Positions 37,400 to 47,183 are shown, counted from the first letter of the stretch. The stretch is 64,000 bases of DNA from Terriglobia bacterium (GCA_963695545.1 OY968796.1:2560001-2624000); one strand, 5' to 3'. Notes: a model not told the origin generated them from the letters alone. A program made the numbers and translations.

Positions 37400-38359
37400 G
37401 TGTTGACGCTGCATATCAGCGAACAGGACGTTCGAGCGTTGTTGCCAATGTCGCTTGCGCTGGAAGCCGTCGAGGAATCTTTCCGCCGGCAAGCTGCGGG
37501 AGAAATCGCGTTGCAACCGCGCCGGCGACTGCAATTCGGCGAGCGCGCCTACCTGAACAATATGGCCGCAGCCGATCGCGCAAGCGGATATTTCGGAATG
37601 AAACTCTACGCCGTTGGACGCGGCGCGCCGCGATTTCTTGTGCCGCTTTACAGCGCCGCGAGTGCAGAGCTTTTGGCGCTGATCGAAGCCGAAGCGCTGG
37701 GACAAATGCGCACGGGCGCGGCCACGGGCGTCGCCACGAAATATCTTGCGCGGAGCGATGCGCGGAGGGCGGCCATCATCGGCACGGGTTTCCAGGCGCG
37801 AACGCAACTTGAAGCCGTCGCGGCTATGCGGCATCTCGAGATCGCGTGGGCCTACGGCCGCGACGCCGAGCGGCGACGAACTTTCTGCAGCGAAATGAGC
37901 GCGAAATTGAGTTTGCCTGTCGCGCCCGCCGCTTCGGCCGAAGAAGCAGTGCGCAGTGCGGACATTGTCGTGACGATGACAAGCTCCGTGCAACCCGTGC
38001 TTGACGGTGCGTGGATCGCTTCGGGGACGCACGTGAACGCGGCCGGCTCTAATTACGCGCAGAAACGCGAGCTTGATTCTGAAGCAGTGGCGCGCGCGGC
38101 GTTGATCGCTGTGGATTCGATCGAGCAATGCAAAATAGAAGCGGGTGATTTGATTCAGGCGTTCGCCGGCGACGAATCGCGCTGGAATGGAGTTCTGGAG
38201 ATGGCGGAAATTGTTGCGGGGAAACGCGCGGGGCGGGAAAATCCGGAGCAGATCACGTTATTTAAATCGACGGGTCTTGCGGCGTGGGATGTTGCGGTTG
38301 CGGCTCGCGTATACGAGCGCGCTGTTGCTGAAGGACGCGGCACGCCGATCGCGCTGTGA
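37400..38359 (+). CDS. Ornithine cyclodeaminase/mu-crystallin family protein
   Basis: RTGAATG, IIGTGFQA, HVNAAGS and ITLFKSTG motifs. Confidence 0.92.
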   Translation: MLTLHISEQDVRALLPMSLALEAVEESFRRQAAGEIALQPRRRLQFGERAYLNNMAAADRASGYFGMKLYAVGRGAPRFLVPLYSAASAELLALIEAEALGQMRTGAATGVATKYLARSDARRAAIIGTGFQARTQLEAVAAMRHLEIAWAYGRDAERRRTFCSEMSAKLSLPVAPAASAEEAVRSADIVVTMTSSVQPVLDGAWIASGTHVNAAGSNYAQKRELDSEAVARAALIAVDSIEQCKIEAGDLIQAFAGDESRWNGVLEMAEIVAGKRAGRENPEQITLFKSTGLAAWDVAVAARVYERAVAEGRGTPIAL

Positions 38360-38411
38360 CGCGGGCGGAGCGGCATTGCGAACCGATACCGCGCGCGAGA
38401 GCGCTGCGGCG

Positions 38412-38648
38412 TCAGCGCGCGTGGCCGAGCCGCTCGAAGAGAGCCTTGTGCAGCCGCTCTTTCACTTCGGCGGGCAGAGGCACCGGCTCGGCATTGCAGT
38501 AGATCTCGATGGTCTTTCGCGTAGTGTCCACGATCAGCCGGCATTTCTTGCAGCCGTTGAGGTGACGTTCGAGATCGGCCGCGGCCACCGCGTCCAGGGC
38601 CTCGTCCAAATAGCTGGTTAGTTCTGCGAGCACTCCACGACAATTCAC
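38412..38648 (-). CDS. Zinc-binding anti-sigma factor (zf-HC2)
   Basis: HLNGCKKC (HxxxCxxC); overlaps the sigma gene stop. Confidence 0.88.
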   Translation of the reverse strand: MNCRGVLAELTSYLDEALDAVAAADLERHLNGCKKCRLIVDTTRKTIEIYCNAEPVPLPAEVKERLHKALFERLGHAR

Positions 38649-39268
38649 GACGGTTTACTCCGGAAATAAGGATCAAGTTTTTGGCGCAACTTCAAGCGGG
38701 CCCGAAGCAAGCGCGATTTCACAGCGGGGACGGAAATGCCGAGCGCCTCGGCGGTTTCTTCGGTGGAAAGTTCGCTGACGTCACGCAGGACGAAAGCCAT
38801 GCGGTAGGGCGACTCCAGTTCTTCGATGGCGTAGGTGAGGATTTGGTTGAGCTCGGTGCGCTCGTATTTCTGCTCGGGCGAAGGACCCCAGTCCTGCAGG
38901 TCGCGCGGCATCAGATCGTCTCCATCGGTGACGACGGGCTCATCGAGCGAAACTTGATTGGGGCGGCGCTTGCGCAGCTTCATCAGCGCTTCGTTTACGG
39001 CGATGCGCACAAGCCAGGTGTAAAAGCGCGAGCCGCCCTCGAAGCCGTCGAGATGCTGGAAGGCTTTGAGGAAGGCGTCCTGCATGGAGTCTTCGGCGTC
39101 TTCTTTGTTGCGCGTGATGTTCCAGGAGAGGCGATAAATTTTGTCTTCGTAGCGGTTTACCAGCTCTTGAAACGCGTCGAGGTCGCCGCCTTTGGCGGCG
39201 GCGACAAGGAGGCCTTCGTCGTCGCGGACGACCGTGGAAGGCAGCGGTTTGGCGTTGGGAGTGCTCAC
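38645..39268 (-). CDS. ECF RNA polymerase sigma factor
   Basis: DAEDSMQDAF, FYTWLVRIAVN and region 4 AVKSRLLRAR; start approximate. Confidence 0.93.
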   Translation of the reverse strand: MSTPNAKPLPSTVVRDDEGLLVAAAKGGDLDAFQELVNRYEDKIYRLSWNITRNKEDAEDSMQDAFLKAFQHLDGFEGGSRFYTWLVRIAVNEALMKLRKRRPNQVSLDEPVVTDGDDLMPRDLQDWGPSPEQKYERTELNQILTYAIEELESPYRMAFVLRDVSELSTEETAEALGISVPAVKSRLLRARLKLRQKLDPYFRSKPS

Positions 39269-39398
39269 GTCGCGAATGGGTGCCGGGTTCACTTTAACAT
39301 TAGATGCGCCGAGGCGCGACTCGATGCGCGAAATGGAACCTGGGGCGGCGGTAGGTTCCACGCACGGGCCCGAATCGGTTAAACTGCAGTGTACCCTC

Positions 39399-39908
39399 AT
39401 GCGCACCTTGCCCGACCAATTACGCCCCGGAATGAAAATGATCATCGTCGGATGCAATCCCGGCGAGCGATCGGCCCGCGTGGGCCATTATTACGCGGGG
39501 CGCGGCAACATGTTCTGGCCGCTGCTCTATGAATCGGGGATCATACCGGAGCTTTTGGAGTACAAGAACGATAGGCGCCTCTTGGAATTCGGCATCGGCT
39601 TGACGGATTTGGTGAAGCGTCCTACGCGAGGCGTGGAAGACCTGGAGCGGCAGGAATTCGCCGAGGGGCGCGTGCTGCTCTCGCAAAAACTTCAGGAGTT
39701 TGCGCCGCGCGTGGTGGCTTTTAACGGCAAGATCGTCTTCGAGAAATTCTCGCAGCGGGTGTGCAAGCTCGGCGCGCAGAAGGATTTGCTCTACGGCGCG
39801 CGCGTGTTCGTGCTGCCTTCGAGCAGCGGGTTGAACGCCCTGGGCAGCGGCGTGAAGATGCGCTACTTCCGGCAACTTGCCAAACTGCTCGCGCGACTGG
39901 ACGCCTGA
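39399..39908 (+). CDS. mug: G/U mismatch-specific DNA glycosylase
   Basis: GCNPG, GNMFW, GLTDLVKRPT and LPSSSG motifs. Confidence 0.85.
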   Translation: MRTLPDQLRPGMKMIIVGCNPGERSARVGHYYAGRGNMFWPLLYESGIIPELLEYKNDRRLLEFGIGLTDLVKRPTRGVEDLERQEFAEGRVLLSQKLQEFAPRVVAFNGKIVFEKFSQRVCKLGAQKDLLYGARVFVLPSSSGLNALGSGVKMRYFRQLAKLLARLDA

Positions 39909-39920
39909 GAGATTCCCGCA

Positions 39921-40274
39921 ATGGCCAAGACCAACGCGAAATTCCTGCACAAGCCCAACTGCACAACTTGTCGCAAGGCGCGCGCCGTGCTCGAAGGCTG
40001 CGGGTGTACGCTCGAGCTGCGCGATCTGGGCAAGGATCGCCTGACGGCAACTGAGCTTGAGAAGTTGATTGGCGATCGTGATCACCGCGCGTTTCTGAAT
40101 CCGCGAAACGAGCTGTACCGCAAACACAAGATGGGGAAGAATCCGCCGTCGCGCGCGGAAGCAATTCGCATGATGGCGCGCGAGCCCAACCTGATTCGGC
40201 GGCCGGTGGTGATTTTGGGGCGCAAGATGGTGGTGGGATTCGACCACGCTGCGCTGGAAGCTCTCGCCGATTGA
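39921..40274 (+). CDS. ArsC/Spx/MgsR family protein
   Basis: PNCTTCRKA and LIRRPV motifs. Confidence 0.88.
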   Translation: MAKTNAKFLHKPNCTTCRKARAVLEGCGCTLELRDLGKDRLTATELEKLIGDRDHRAFLNPRNELYRKHKMGKNPPSRAEAIRMMAREPNLIRRPVVILGRKMVVGFDHAALEALAD

Positions 40275-40855
40275 TTTTGCCCGCAACGGAAACCATGACA
40301 AATCGATTTGAGCTGGGTACGGTCGCCGTGCTCGGGGCGAGCGCTCTGGGTTGCCGCTTTGCCAGCGCCGCGTTGCGCGCGGGCTATCGCACGATTCTCG
40401 AGGACTTTCGCGCCGATGTACTCGAACGGGCGGTTCGCGAAGTTGGCAAATCATTCGTCGCTCCCGAAGATCACGCGCTGCTCAGCGTCGCGCGCACTGT
40501 GGAAGACGGATGCCGCGAAGCGAATCTGGTGATCGACACCACGTTGGATGACGCCGAATTGAAACTTGAGATCTTCACGCTGCTCGATAAGTTCGCGCGG
40601 CCGGGCGCGGTCTGCGCGACGATCGCGGCTTCGATTGCGATCGCCGAACTGGGCAAGATCACGTATCGACCCGAGCTCTGTGTGGGGCTGCGCATCGGAA
40701 ACCATAGTTCGCATGCGGAAATCCTGACGATCATTCGCGCTGCGCAAACTTCGGAGGCCGCGGTGAGCGCGTGCCTTGAATTCGCACGCCGCGTCGGTTG
40801 GCAAAGCACGGTCGAGCTCGAAGCCATTCCCTCCGGCACAGAATCTGGCTCCTAA
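40271..40855 (+). CDS. Stand-alone, degenerate 3-hydroxyacyl-CoA dehydrogenase NAD-binding domain
   Basis: VAVLGASALG and ELKLEIFTLLDK; no C-terminal domain. Confidence 0.7.
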   Translation: MILPATETMTNRFELGTVAVLGASALGCRFASAALRAGYRTILEDFRADVLERAVREVGKSFVAPEDHALLSVARTVEDGCREANLVIDTTLDDAELKLEIFTLLDKFARPGAVCATIAASIAIAELGKITYRPELCVGLRIGNHSSHAEILTIIRAAQTSEAAVSACLEFARRVGWQSTVELEAIPSGTESGS

Positions 40856-40945
40856 TCTCTCCTGCTCCAGGCGCTGCCACGGCGCGCCCCGCGGTTTGGG
40901 GGTATCATAGGCGCACGCAGGGCATCCGCCTGGGGGTCGCCAGCC

Positions 40946-41515
40946 ATGGGAATAGCCGACCGCATTGTTATCCAGCAGGGCGACATCGCCGATATGGACG
41001 TGGACGCGATCGTCAACGCCGCGAACAACGATTTGCAGCTCGGCGGCGGCGTGGCCGGGGCGATCCGGCGCAAGGGCGGCGAATCGATCCAGCGTGAATG
41101 CAACGAGATCGGCGCGATCCCGATCGGCGGCGCGGCGATCACCGGCGCGGGGAAATTGAAAGCGCGCTTCGTGATTCACGCCGCGAGCATGCCGCTGGGC
41201 GGGCAGACGACGTCGCGCTCGCTGCGAAATTCCACGGCGCGTTCGCTGCGCATCGCGACGGAGCGCGAGCTTGGCACGATCGCGTTTCCCGCGGTGGGCA
41301 CGGGCATCGCGGGGTTTCCGCTTTCCGAATGCGCGGAGATCATGCTGCGAGAAACGGTGCAGCATTTGCGCTCCGCGAATTCGCCGCGTACTGTGCATTT
41401 CGTGCTCTTTGACGAGCGCGCGCTGCGCGCGTTTCAAAACACCTGGGAGGCGATCAAGGCGCGCGGCGAACTCGACGAAGAGTCTTCTTCGCCGGCTGCG
41501 GCGAGTCCTGCGTGA
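40946..41515 (+). CDS. Macro domain protein (ADP-ribose binding/hydrolase)
   Basis: GDIA, DAIVNAAN, GGGVAGAI and AFPAVGTGIAGF motifs. Confidence 0.93.
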   Translation: MGIADRIVIQQGDIADMDVDAIVNAANNDLQLGGGVAGAIRRKGGESIQRECNEIGAIPIGGAAITGAGKLKARFVIHAASMPLGGQTTSRSLRNSTARSLRIATERELGTIAFPAVGTGIAGFPLSECAEIMLRETVQHLRSANSPRTVHFVLFDERALRAFQNTWEAIKARGELDEESSSPAAASPA

Positions 41516-41531
41516 TGCCGCGCCAAGCGCC

Positions 41532-41801
41532 GTGAGCGATCTGGCCGAAAAAGTTCGCGCGGAGCTCGAGCGGTATGAGCATCCGTTGTTTTCCTTCGAG
41601 GCGCGGCCGGCCGCGCAAGGCGTTGAAGTCGAGATTCGGTTTCGTCCCGCAGAGCCTCCGGTGCACACCTACGTGCTTTTGCTGCGTCCGCGCGAAATCG
41701 AGCAGGCGCAATTTCCCTGGATTTTGCAAAAACAACTTTACGACTGCCTGCACGATTACGTGATCGAGATGTTCACGCGAAATCCGCAGGAGCAGGAATG
41801 A
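41532..41801 (+). CDS. Hypothetical protein
   Basis: GTG start, fills the operon gap and overlaps the next start; FPWILQKQLYDCLHDY. Confidence 0.7.
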   Translation: MSDLAEKVRAELERYEHPLFSFEARPAAQGVEVEIRFRPAEPPVHTYVLLLRPREIEQAQFPWILQKQLYDCLHDYVIEMFTRNPQEQE

Positions 41802-42979
41802 TGGAAATCGCGCGACCCACGCCGCGGACTGGAATCGCGCGGCCCGCATCAGCGCCCACTCCGCTTGCGGAATTGCTCGCGCAAGAGATTGCCGCGCACG
41901 GCCCCATCACATTCGCGGAATTCATGCGCGCGTGCCTTTATCATCCCGAACATGGGTATTACACGCGGCCGGACGCGACGCGTTTGGCGCAGGCCGATTA
42001 CGCGACGAGCGTGGATCTGCATCCGATTTTCGGGCGTTTGCTCGCGCGGCAACTCGCCGAGATGTGGCGCGCGATGGGCGCGCCTGCGGAATTCTGGTTG
42101 GTGGAAGGCGGCGCGGGAACGGGGCGCCTCGCGGCGCACATTCTGGATTTCGCGATGCGCGATTTGCCGGATTTTTATGGAGCGGTGCGCTACTGCGCGG
42201 TGGAACTTTCGGCGGCGCGGCGTGCGGAACATCGCGCGGCGATTGGCCGGCATATCGAGGCGGGGCGCGCGGAATCCTGCGCGGAACTTCCGGAGACAAT
42301 TCCCGCGGGCGTGATTTTCTCGAACGAATTGCTGGATGCGCTGCCGGTGCATCGCGTCGCGCGGAGCGGTGGCGAGCTGCGCGAAATTTATGTGGCACTC
42401 GATGGGGACGGGCGATTGAAGGAATCGGCGGGGCCGGTTTCGACGCCGGCCCTCGTGGAATATTTTCGCGAGCAGGGAATCGAGTTGGCGGAAGGGCAGC
42501 AGGCCGAAGCGGGCCTGGAAGCCGCGCGGTGGATTGAAGACGCGGGGCATCGGCTGGCTCGCGGATTCATTTTGACTGTGGACTACGGATATGCGGCGCG
42601 CGAGCTTTACGACGCGGCGCGCGCGGGCGGGACGCTGCTCGGATACGAGCGGCATCGCACGACCGAGGATTGGTTTCGCGCGCCGGGGGAACAGGATTTG
42701 ACGGCGCACGTGAACTTCACGGCGGTTGAAATGGCCGGCCGGCGAGTGGGGCTCGAGCCGGTGGGGTTGGTTTCGCAATCGCATTTCTTGCTGGCGCTGG
42801 CTGGGGCGAACCAGTTGAAGGATTTCGAGGATCCGGGGGCGAGTGAGGTCGAGCGATATCGGACGCGTTTGGCGTTTCAAGAGTTGATTCATCCGGATGG
42901 GATGGGGGAAGCGTTCCGGGTGTTGGTGCAGGAGAAGGGAATTCGCGGGGCGCGGCTCGCGGGGCTTTTGGCGATCTGA
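41798..42979 (+). CDS. SAM-dependent methyltransferase, MidA/NDUFAF7 family
   Basis: FMRACLYHPEHGYY, EGGAGTG, SNELLDALP, DYG and DLTAHVNF motifs. Confidence 0.92.
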   Translation: MMEIARPTPRTGIARPASAPTPLAELLAQEIAAHGPITFAEFMRACLYHPEHGYYTRPDATRLAQADYATSVDLHPIFGRLLARQLAEMWRAMGAPAEFWLVEGGAGTGRLAAHILDFAMRDLPDFYGAVRYCAVELSAARRAEHRAAIGRHIEAGRAESCAELPETIPAGVIFSNELLDALPVHRVARSGGELREIYVALDGDGRLKESAGPVSTPALVEYFREQGIELAEGQQAEAGLEAARWIEDAGHRLARGFILTVDYGYAARELYDAARAGGTLLGYERHRTTEDWFRAPGEQDLTAHVNFTAVEMAGRRVGLEPVGLVSQSHFLLALAGANQLKDFEDPGASEVERYRTRLAFQELIHPDGMGEAFRVLVQEKGIRGARLAGLLAI

Positions 42980-43057
42980 ATGCGAGCGGCTGGCGGCGAG
43001 TGGCGAGTGATGAGAGGCGGCTTCGCCAGTCGAGTGCGGCTCGGGCGGAGGCGAGAA

Positions 43058-43395
43058 GTGTATATACACCCCCGGTATGTTTTGCGAAAGAACGGCAAAC
43101 AAAGGGGATGCAGGGAAAGAGTCCGCATGAGTGTGAAAACACAGGGGCGTAATGTTGCGTGGATTCAATGAGTTGCGCACTCTTTTGGAAGAGTGTGAAA
43201 ACAAACGGGTTGGAGAGGCGGTTTTGACGGGATTTGCGCGAAATGCGGTGCGTTTGAAGGCAGCAGTTTGGGGAACGCGCAGGAATTCGAGCGCGGGGCG
43301 GGGAGACGCGAGGAGTTGTTGCGTCTTCATACCATCTTTTAGCATGGAATTCTACACACGTCAATAGTATTTTATGAGTATAGTATTCGAATAGA
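43058..43395 (-). repeat. Dispersed AT-rich non-coding element, copy 2
   Basis: TACACCCCCGGTA at 43065-43077, internal GAGTGTGAAAACA twice, minus-strand TTGACG-17-TAAAAG and TATTCGAATA at 43384-43393. Confidence 0.65.
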
Positions 43396-43441
43396 GTTTT
43401 CGAAGGCCGGTCGAGGACGCTCGTTGGTGCCATTCGAAAAG

Positions 43442-43666
43442 AATGTGTCGCCCCTACGGGGCTTAAAACAAATGATGAAAATATAAAATTGGGCTGCGTA
43501 CCTATTGAAGCGACGCGCTCCGCGCGTTCCGAGGCTTCCGCCCTGGGCTAAAATGTGCCGCCCCTACGGGGCTGATTGGCGGGCGGTGGCGATTTGTCGA
43601 ACGATATCTGCGCCGGCAACTTCTCCCGCGCGAAGGCAAGATGGAGGCCTGAAGGCCTCCGCTACA
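43442..43666. repeat. REP-like palindrome cluster
   Basis: GCCCCTACGGGGC at 43450-43462 and 43560-43572, GGCTTCCGCCCTGGGC, and GGAGGCCTGAAGGCCTCCGCTAC (GTAG-type on minus strand) at 43643-43665. Confidence 0.7.
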
Positions 43667-43797
43667 TAAACCTGCGTGATGGGCGGCGGCGGTTGTCTGC
43701 CGATGGCTGGCGAGGGCGTGCGGCTTAGTTGCGTCGGCGATGCGGACTGGGATGAGGTTGTGGTGCTGAAACATATGCGCTGTGTTGGGAGATTGGA

Positions 43798-44202
43798 ATG
43801 ACAGAGTTCGGGACTAAGCGACTTCCGGCGAGGGCGAGTGGGACGGCGCCGGATGGGACGGCGGTGCGCACGCTGCTCGGGCTTGCGGGCGGGAGTCTGG
43901 CGCATTTTGAGCTGGCTGCGGGGAAGACTTCGGGGGCGGTGGCGCATCGGACGGTCGAGGAGATTTGGTTTTTCCTGAGTGGGCGTGGCGAGATGTGGCG
44001 CAAGCAGGGGGATCGGGAAGAGGTTGTGGCGGTCGATGCGGGGGTGTGTCTGACAATTCCGGTTGGGACTCGGTTTCAATTCCGAAGCTTCGGGGATGAG
44101 GCGCTCGCCATGGTGGTGATCACGATGCCTCCGTGGCCTGGGAGCGATGAAGCATACGAGGTGGAGGGGAAGTGGGAGGCGACGGTGGGGAATCGCGATT
44201 AA
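43798..44202 (+). CDS. Cupin domain protein
   Basis: HRTVEEIWFFLSGRGEMW and TIPVGTRFQFR cupin motifs. Confidence 0.85.
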   Translation: MTEFGTKRLPARASGTAPDGTAVRTLLGLAGGSLAHFELAAGKTSGAVAHRTVEEIWFFLSGRGEMWRKQGDREEVVAVDAGVCLTIPVGTRFQFRSFGDEALAMVVITMPPWPGSDEAYEVEGKWEATVGNRD

Positions 44203-44223
44203 ATGTGCCGACGCTACGGGGCT
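44201..44223. repeat. Degenerate third copy of the REP-like unit
   Basis: AAATGTGCCGACGCTACGGGGCT versus AAATGTGCCGCCCCTACGGGGCT at 43551-43573. Confidence 0.6.
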
Positions 44224-44306
44224 GTGAGGGCCGTACATCGTGGCGGGGCAAGTTGAGGCAGCGTGTCAGTTTCCCAGTAGCCCGTTAATCAAGAGTTGGA
44301 CCAACT

Positions 44307-44636
44307 TTATTGCTGGCCGCGACGGTATTGTTGGGAAATCCGCCAAATCTCACGCGAAATTTCCGCGTACCGCTCTCGGGGACCAGCAATCACACTGTCG
44401 AACCAACGGACGAATTCTTCATGGACAACTTGCAAGACGTCATCCGCAGACCGACAACCGCTCAGTCTTGGCAGGATGGTTTCAGTCTCGACTTCGTATT
44501 CGTCAGTGTTGTGGCCATAATTGATGCCGATCGGGTCGTATTGAAATAGCAGCTCAGCTATCTCGTCAAATAGTTCACCATATTCCGCTCTCAGGCGGCG
44601 ACGGCTTTCAGCAATCTCTTCTCGCCTTCTGTCCAT
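44307..44636 (-). CDS. Small hypothetical protein (DUF1871-like), lower GC than neighbours
   Basis: YDPIGI...DEYEVE...EEFVRWF pattern. Confidence 0.7.
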   Translation of the reverse strand: MDRRREEIAESRRRLRAEYGELFDEIAELLFQYDPIGINYGHNTDEYEVETETILPRLSGCRSADDVLQVVHEEFVRWFDSVIAGPRERYAEISREIWRISQQYRRGQQ

Positions 44637-44748
44637 AGTGTCCCTGCAATTGCTGCCCATTCTATCGATTTTCTCCAACTCCTGGTAAGTCGGATTTTCG
44701 GAGGCTGACGCGCTGCTGACCGTACGCGCGGATCGAAGCGGCGGGGCG

Positions 44749-47136
44749 CTAATTTTGGGACATGTGCTGGGGATCGGTTTTGTTGTTTAGTGTGGGCGCG
44801 CCTGACGGACTTGCGGGAGCGGGGGCGGCGGGGGCGGCTGCGGGAGTGGTTGCGGCGTTAGCGGAGGCGGAGGCGGGGGCGGAGCCAGAGCCGGGGCCGA
44901 GGTCCTGATAGGGCTGCTTGAGATATTTTTGGGCTTCGGCTTGGGCGCCGCTGGTGTCGTCGTTGGTGTGGCGGGCCTTGTCGTATTCGTTGACGGCTCG
45001 GGTGCGGTCTCCGCTGAGGTCGTAAATCTTTCCAAGATAAATGTGCGCCCAGACGTCGACCCACTTGGTGGTGGAATCGGTTTCGCCGTCGAGCGAATTG
45101 CGGAAGGCTTGCGCGGAGGCGGCGAAATTTTTCTGGTAGAAGAAAGCCTCGCCCATGCGGAAGCTCGCGAGGGCGTTATCGGCCTGGAGATTGAGCGCGT
45201 CTTCGTATTCCTTCACGGCGTCGTAGAAGCGGCCTTGCTCGGCGAGGTCTTCGCCGGTGGCGATGATGGCGCGGACGCGCAGCGCGGGACTCGATTTCAA
45301 GATGTCGTTGTGCGGATCGAGGCGCACGCCGTCGGGGGTGGGGCGGCCGAAAGTTTCGATGACGAAGTCGGTGGAGGTGCCGTTGACGTCGATCATTTTG
45401 TATTCGGGATTGCCTTCGGTGAGGACCTCGACTTCCACGGGCATGTTGAAGAAATCGAGAGCCTGCGTGATCTTGCCGACGATTTTAAATCCCTTGGGAA
45501 TGCGGTAGACGATGTACTGGAGGCCGAATTCTGGGACGCCGGTGGAATGCAGCCATTGCGAAAAGAACGGGCGCAGGTTGAGAGGACCGCTGGGCGGCGC
45601 GCCGGCGCGCGAAGAGCTGCCGGCGGAAAGGACCAGGCTGCCAGTGCCGGTGGCGGGCGGCTTGGTGACGGGCAGAGCCGCGGCGCGGGCAATGGCCATG
45701 TTTTCAAAATCCGCGATGCTGGCTGAGCCGCCCTGATATTTCGCGTAGAAATCGCGCAGCAGAGAATGAAAGGCGTCGTCGCCGATTTGCGCGCGGAGCA
45801 TGTGGAAGACCATGGCTCCTTTGTTCACCACGACGGAGCGGTAAGGATCGGAATAGGGCGTGAGGCGGGCGGCTTCGGCGATGGGCGCGGCGTCTTCAAA
45901 CATGAGCGAGCCAACGGCGAAATCGGTGACGGCGCGATCCATGGCGTCAACGCCGCTGGTTTCTTCGGCGTAGAGCGCGCCGGCGTAACGCGCAAGGCCG
46001 TCGGTGACCCAGACATCATTGGGCGTGGCGGCCATCACTTGCACGCCCCACCATTGCGAGGCGATCAGATTGGCGAGCAGCACGGGATTCGGCGTGGGCG
46101 ACCAGAGTCGATGGGAGATCAGCACGAGGCCGGGCGCGGTGAAGCTGGGAAGCGAGCCATCGGGAAGTTGCGCGACGGAAATCGTGGTGTCGGGAAGCTG
46201 GCCCCACTGGTCGGTGAAATAATTCGCGATGCTCGCGGCCATTTGGCCGTAGGGCTGTGCTGTGGCCGCGGCCGGCACCGGAACGTACGCGAGGACGTCC
46301 AGGCCTTCGGCTTTCACCGGATTTAATTGCAGCGCGCCGGCGACGAACGTGCCCGCGGCTTCGGGATGATCCACGCGGAACGTGTAGATCAGATGCGGCG
46401 GAGGCGGGGGCGGCGGCGGCTTGGATGTGTCGATGACCGGGCCGGGCGCGGCGTTGGGGTTGATGACCGGAACGGGCGCGGGCGCTTTCGATTTTCCGCG
46501 ACCGGTGGACGGCGCGGACGCCGGAATTTCCGCAACTGTAGTGGGGGCTTGCGCCGCGCCTGTGCCGACGACGGCGAAATCGCCGGGGACGTTGATGTTG
46601 AATACGGCGGTGAAGCGATTCGATGGGTAATCGGTGAGCGGGAACCAGCGCGCGGGAAGCAGGAGATACGCGCCCTGCGACGTGATCGACGCGAGAGTGA
46701 TGTTGCGAACGGGGCTGTTTTCTTCGTTGACCAGCGGGCCGGAATATTGGAAGTCGATGGTGACTTTCGAGCCGGTGGTGATGAGATCGGCGAGGGTGAT
46801 GCGCAGGATGAGCGGATTATCCTGGTCGCGCTCGAAGCCGATGATTTTGCCGGAGGAGCTTTTGAGCGCGGAAACTCTGAGATTGGGATGCAATTCGACC
46901 TGCACAACGTGCGATGGATTGAGCGCGACGAAATCGACTTTGACGTCAGCGATGAGAGATTGGCTTGCGGGATCGATGGAGGCGGTGAGGTCGTAGTTCG
47001 TGGCGCGAAACGCGGGACCTTCCTGGAGGACGGGCGCCGATTGCGGCGCGCCAGGTTCCTGGGCGAATGCCGAGGCGGCCGAGAAGAGAATGGCGATCAG
47101 TAGCGCGGTGCGCAGCTTGAGCATGAAGTCGGGCAC
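44749..47136 (-). CDS. Exported M1-aminopeptidase-fold protein with TPR repeats, lacking HExxH
   Basis: QWWG, WVTDGLA, KGAMVFHMLR and FFSQWL M1 motifs; C-terminal TPRs. Confidence 0.85.
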   Translation of the reverse strand: MPDFMLKLRTALLIAILFSAASAFAQEPGAPQSAPVLQEGPAFRATNYDLTASIDPASQSLIADVKVDFVALNPSHVVQVELHPNLRVSALKSSSGKIIGFERDQDNPLILRITLADLITTGSKVTIDFQYSGPLVNEENSPVRNITLASITSQGAYLLLPARWFPLTDYPSNRFTAVFNINVPGDFAVVGTGAAQAPTTVAEIPASAPSTGRGKSKAPAPVPVINPNAAPGPVIDTSKPPPPPPPPHLIYTFRVDHPEAAGTFVAGALQLNPVKAEGLDVLAYVPVPAAATAQPYGQMAASIANYFTDQWGQLPDTTISVAQLPDGSLPSFTAPGLVLISHRLWSPTPNPVLLANLIASQWWGVQVMAATPNDVWVTDGLARYAGALYAEETSGVDAMDRAVTDFAVGSLMFEDAAPIAEAARLTPYSDPYRSVVVNKGAMVFHMLRAQIGDDAFHSLLRDFYAKYQGGSASIADFENMAIARAAALPVTKPPATGTGSLVLSAGSSSRAGAPPSGPLNLRPFFSQWLHSTGVPEFGLQYIVYRIPKGFKIVGKITQALDFFNMPVEVEVLTEGNPEYKMIDVNGTSTDFVIETFGRPTPDGVRLDPHNDILKSSPALRVRAIIATGEDLAEQGRFYDAVKEYEDALNLQADNALASFRMGEAFFYQKNFAASAQAFRNSLDGETDSTTKWVDVWAHIYLGKIYDLSGDRTRAVNEYDKARHTNDDTSGAQAEAQKYLKQPYQDLGPGSGSAPASASANAATTPAAAPAAPAPASPSGAPTLNNKTDPQHMSQN

Positions 47137-47183
47137 GCCCTTTCGGGCAGTGGTACGTACGGATCGACTGCTCGGATCAACTA

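Noticed and set aside
42985..43040. GGCGAGT heptamer-like repeats
   Set aside because: Only two exact copies; too short to support a call
41849..43345. 498-aa minus-strand ORF
   Set aside because: Antisense shadow of the methyltransferase running into the non-coding element; Arg/Pro-rich, no motifs
43442..43666. Possible CRISPR array
   Set aside because: Only two or three palindromic units with irregular spacing and no cas genes; REP-like instead
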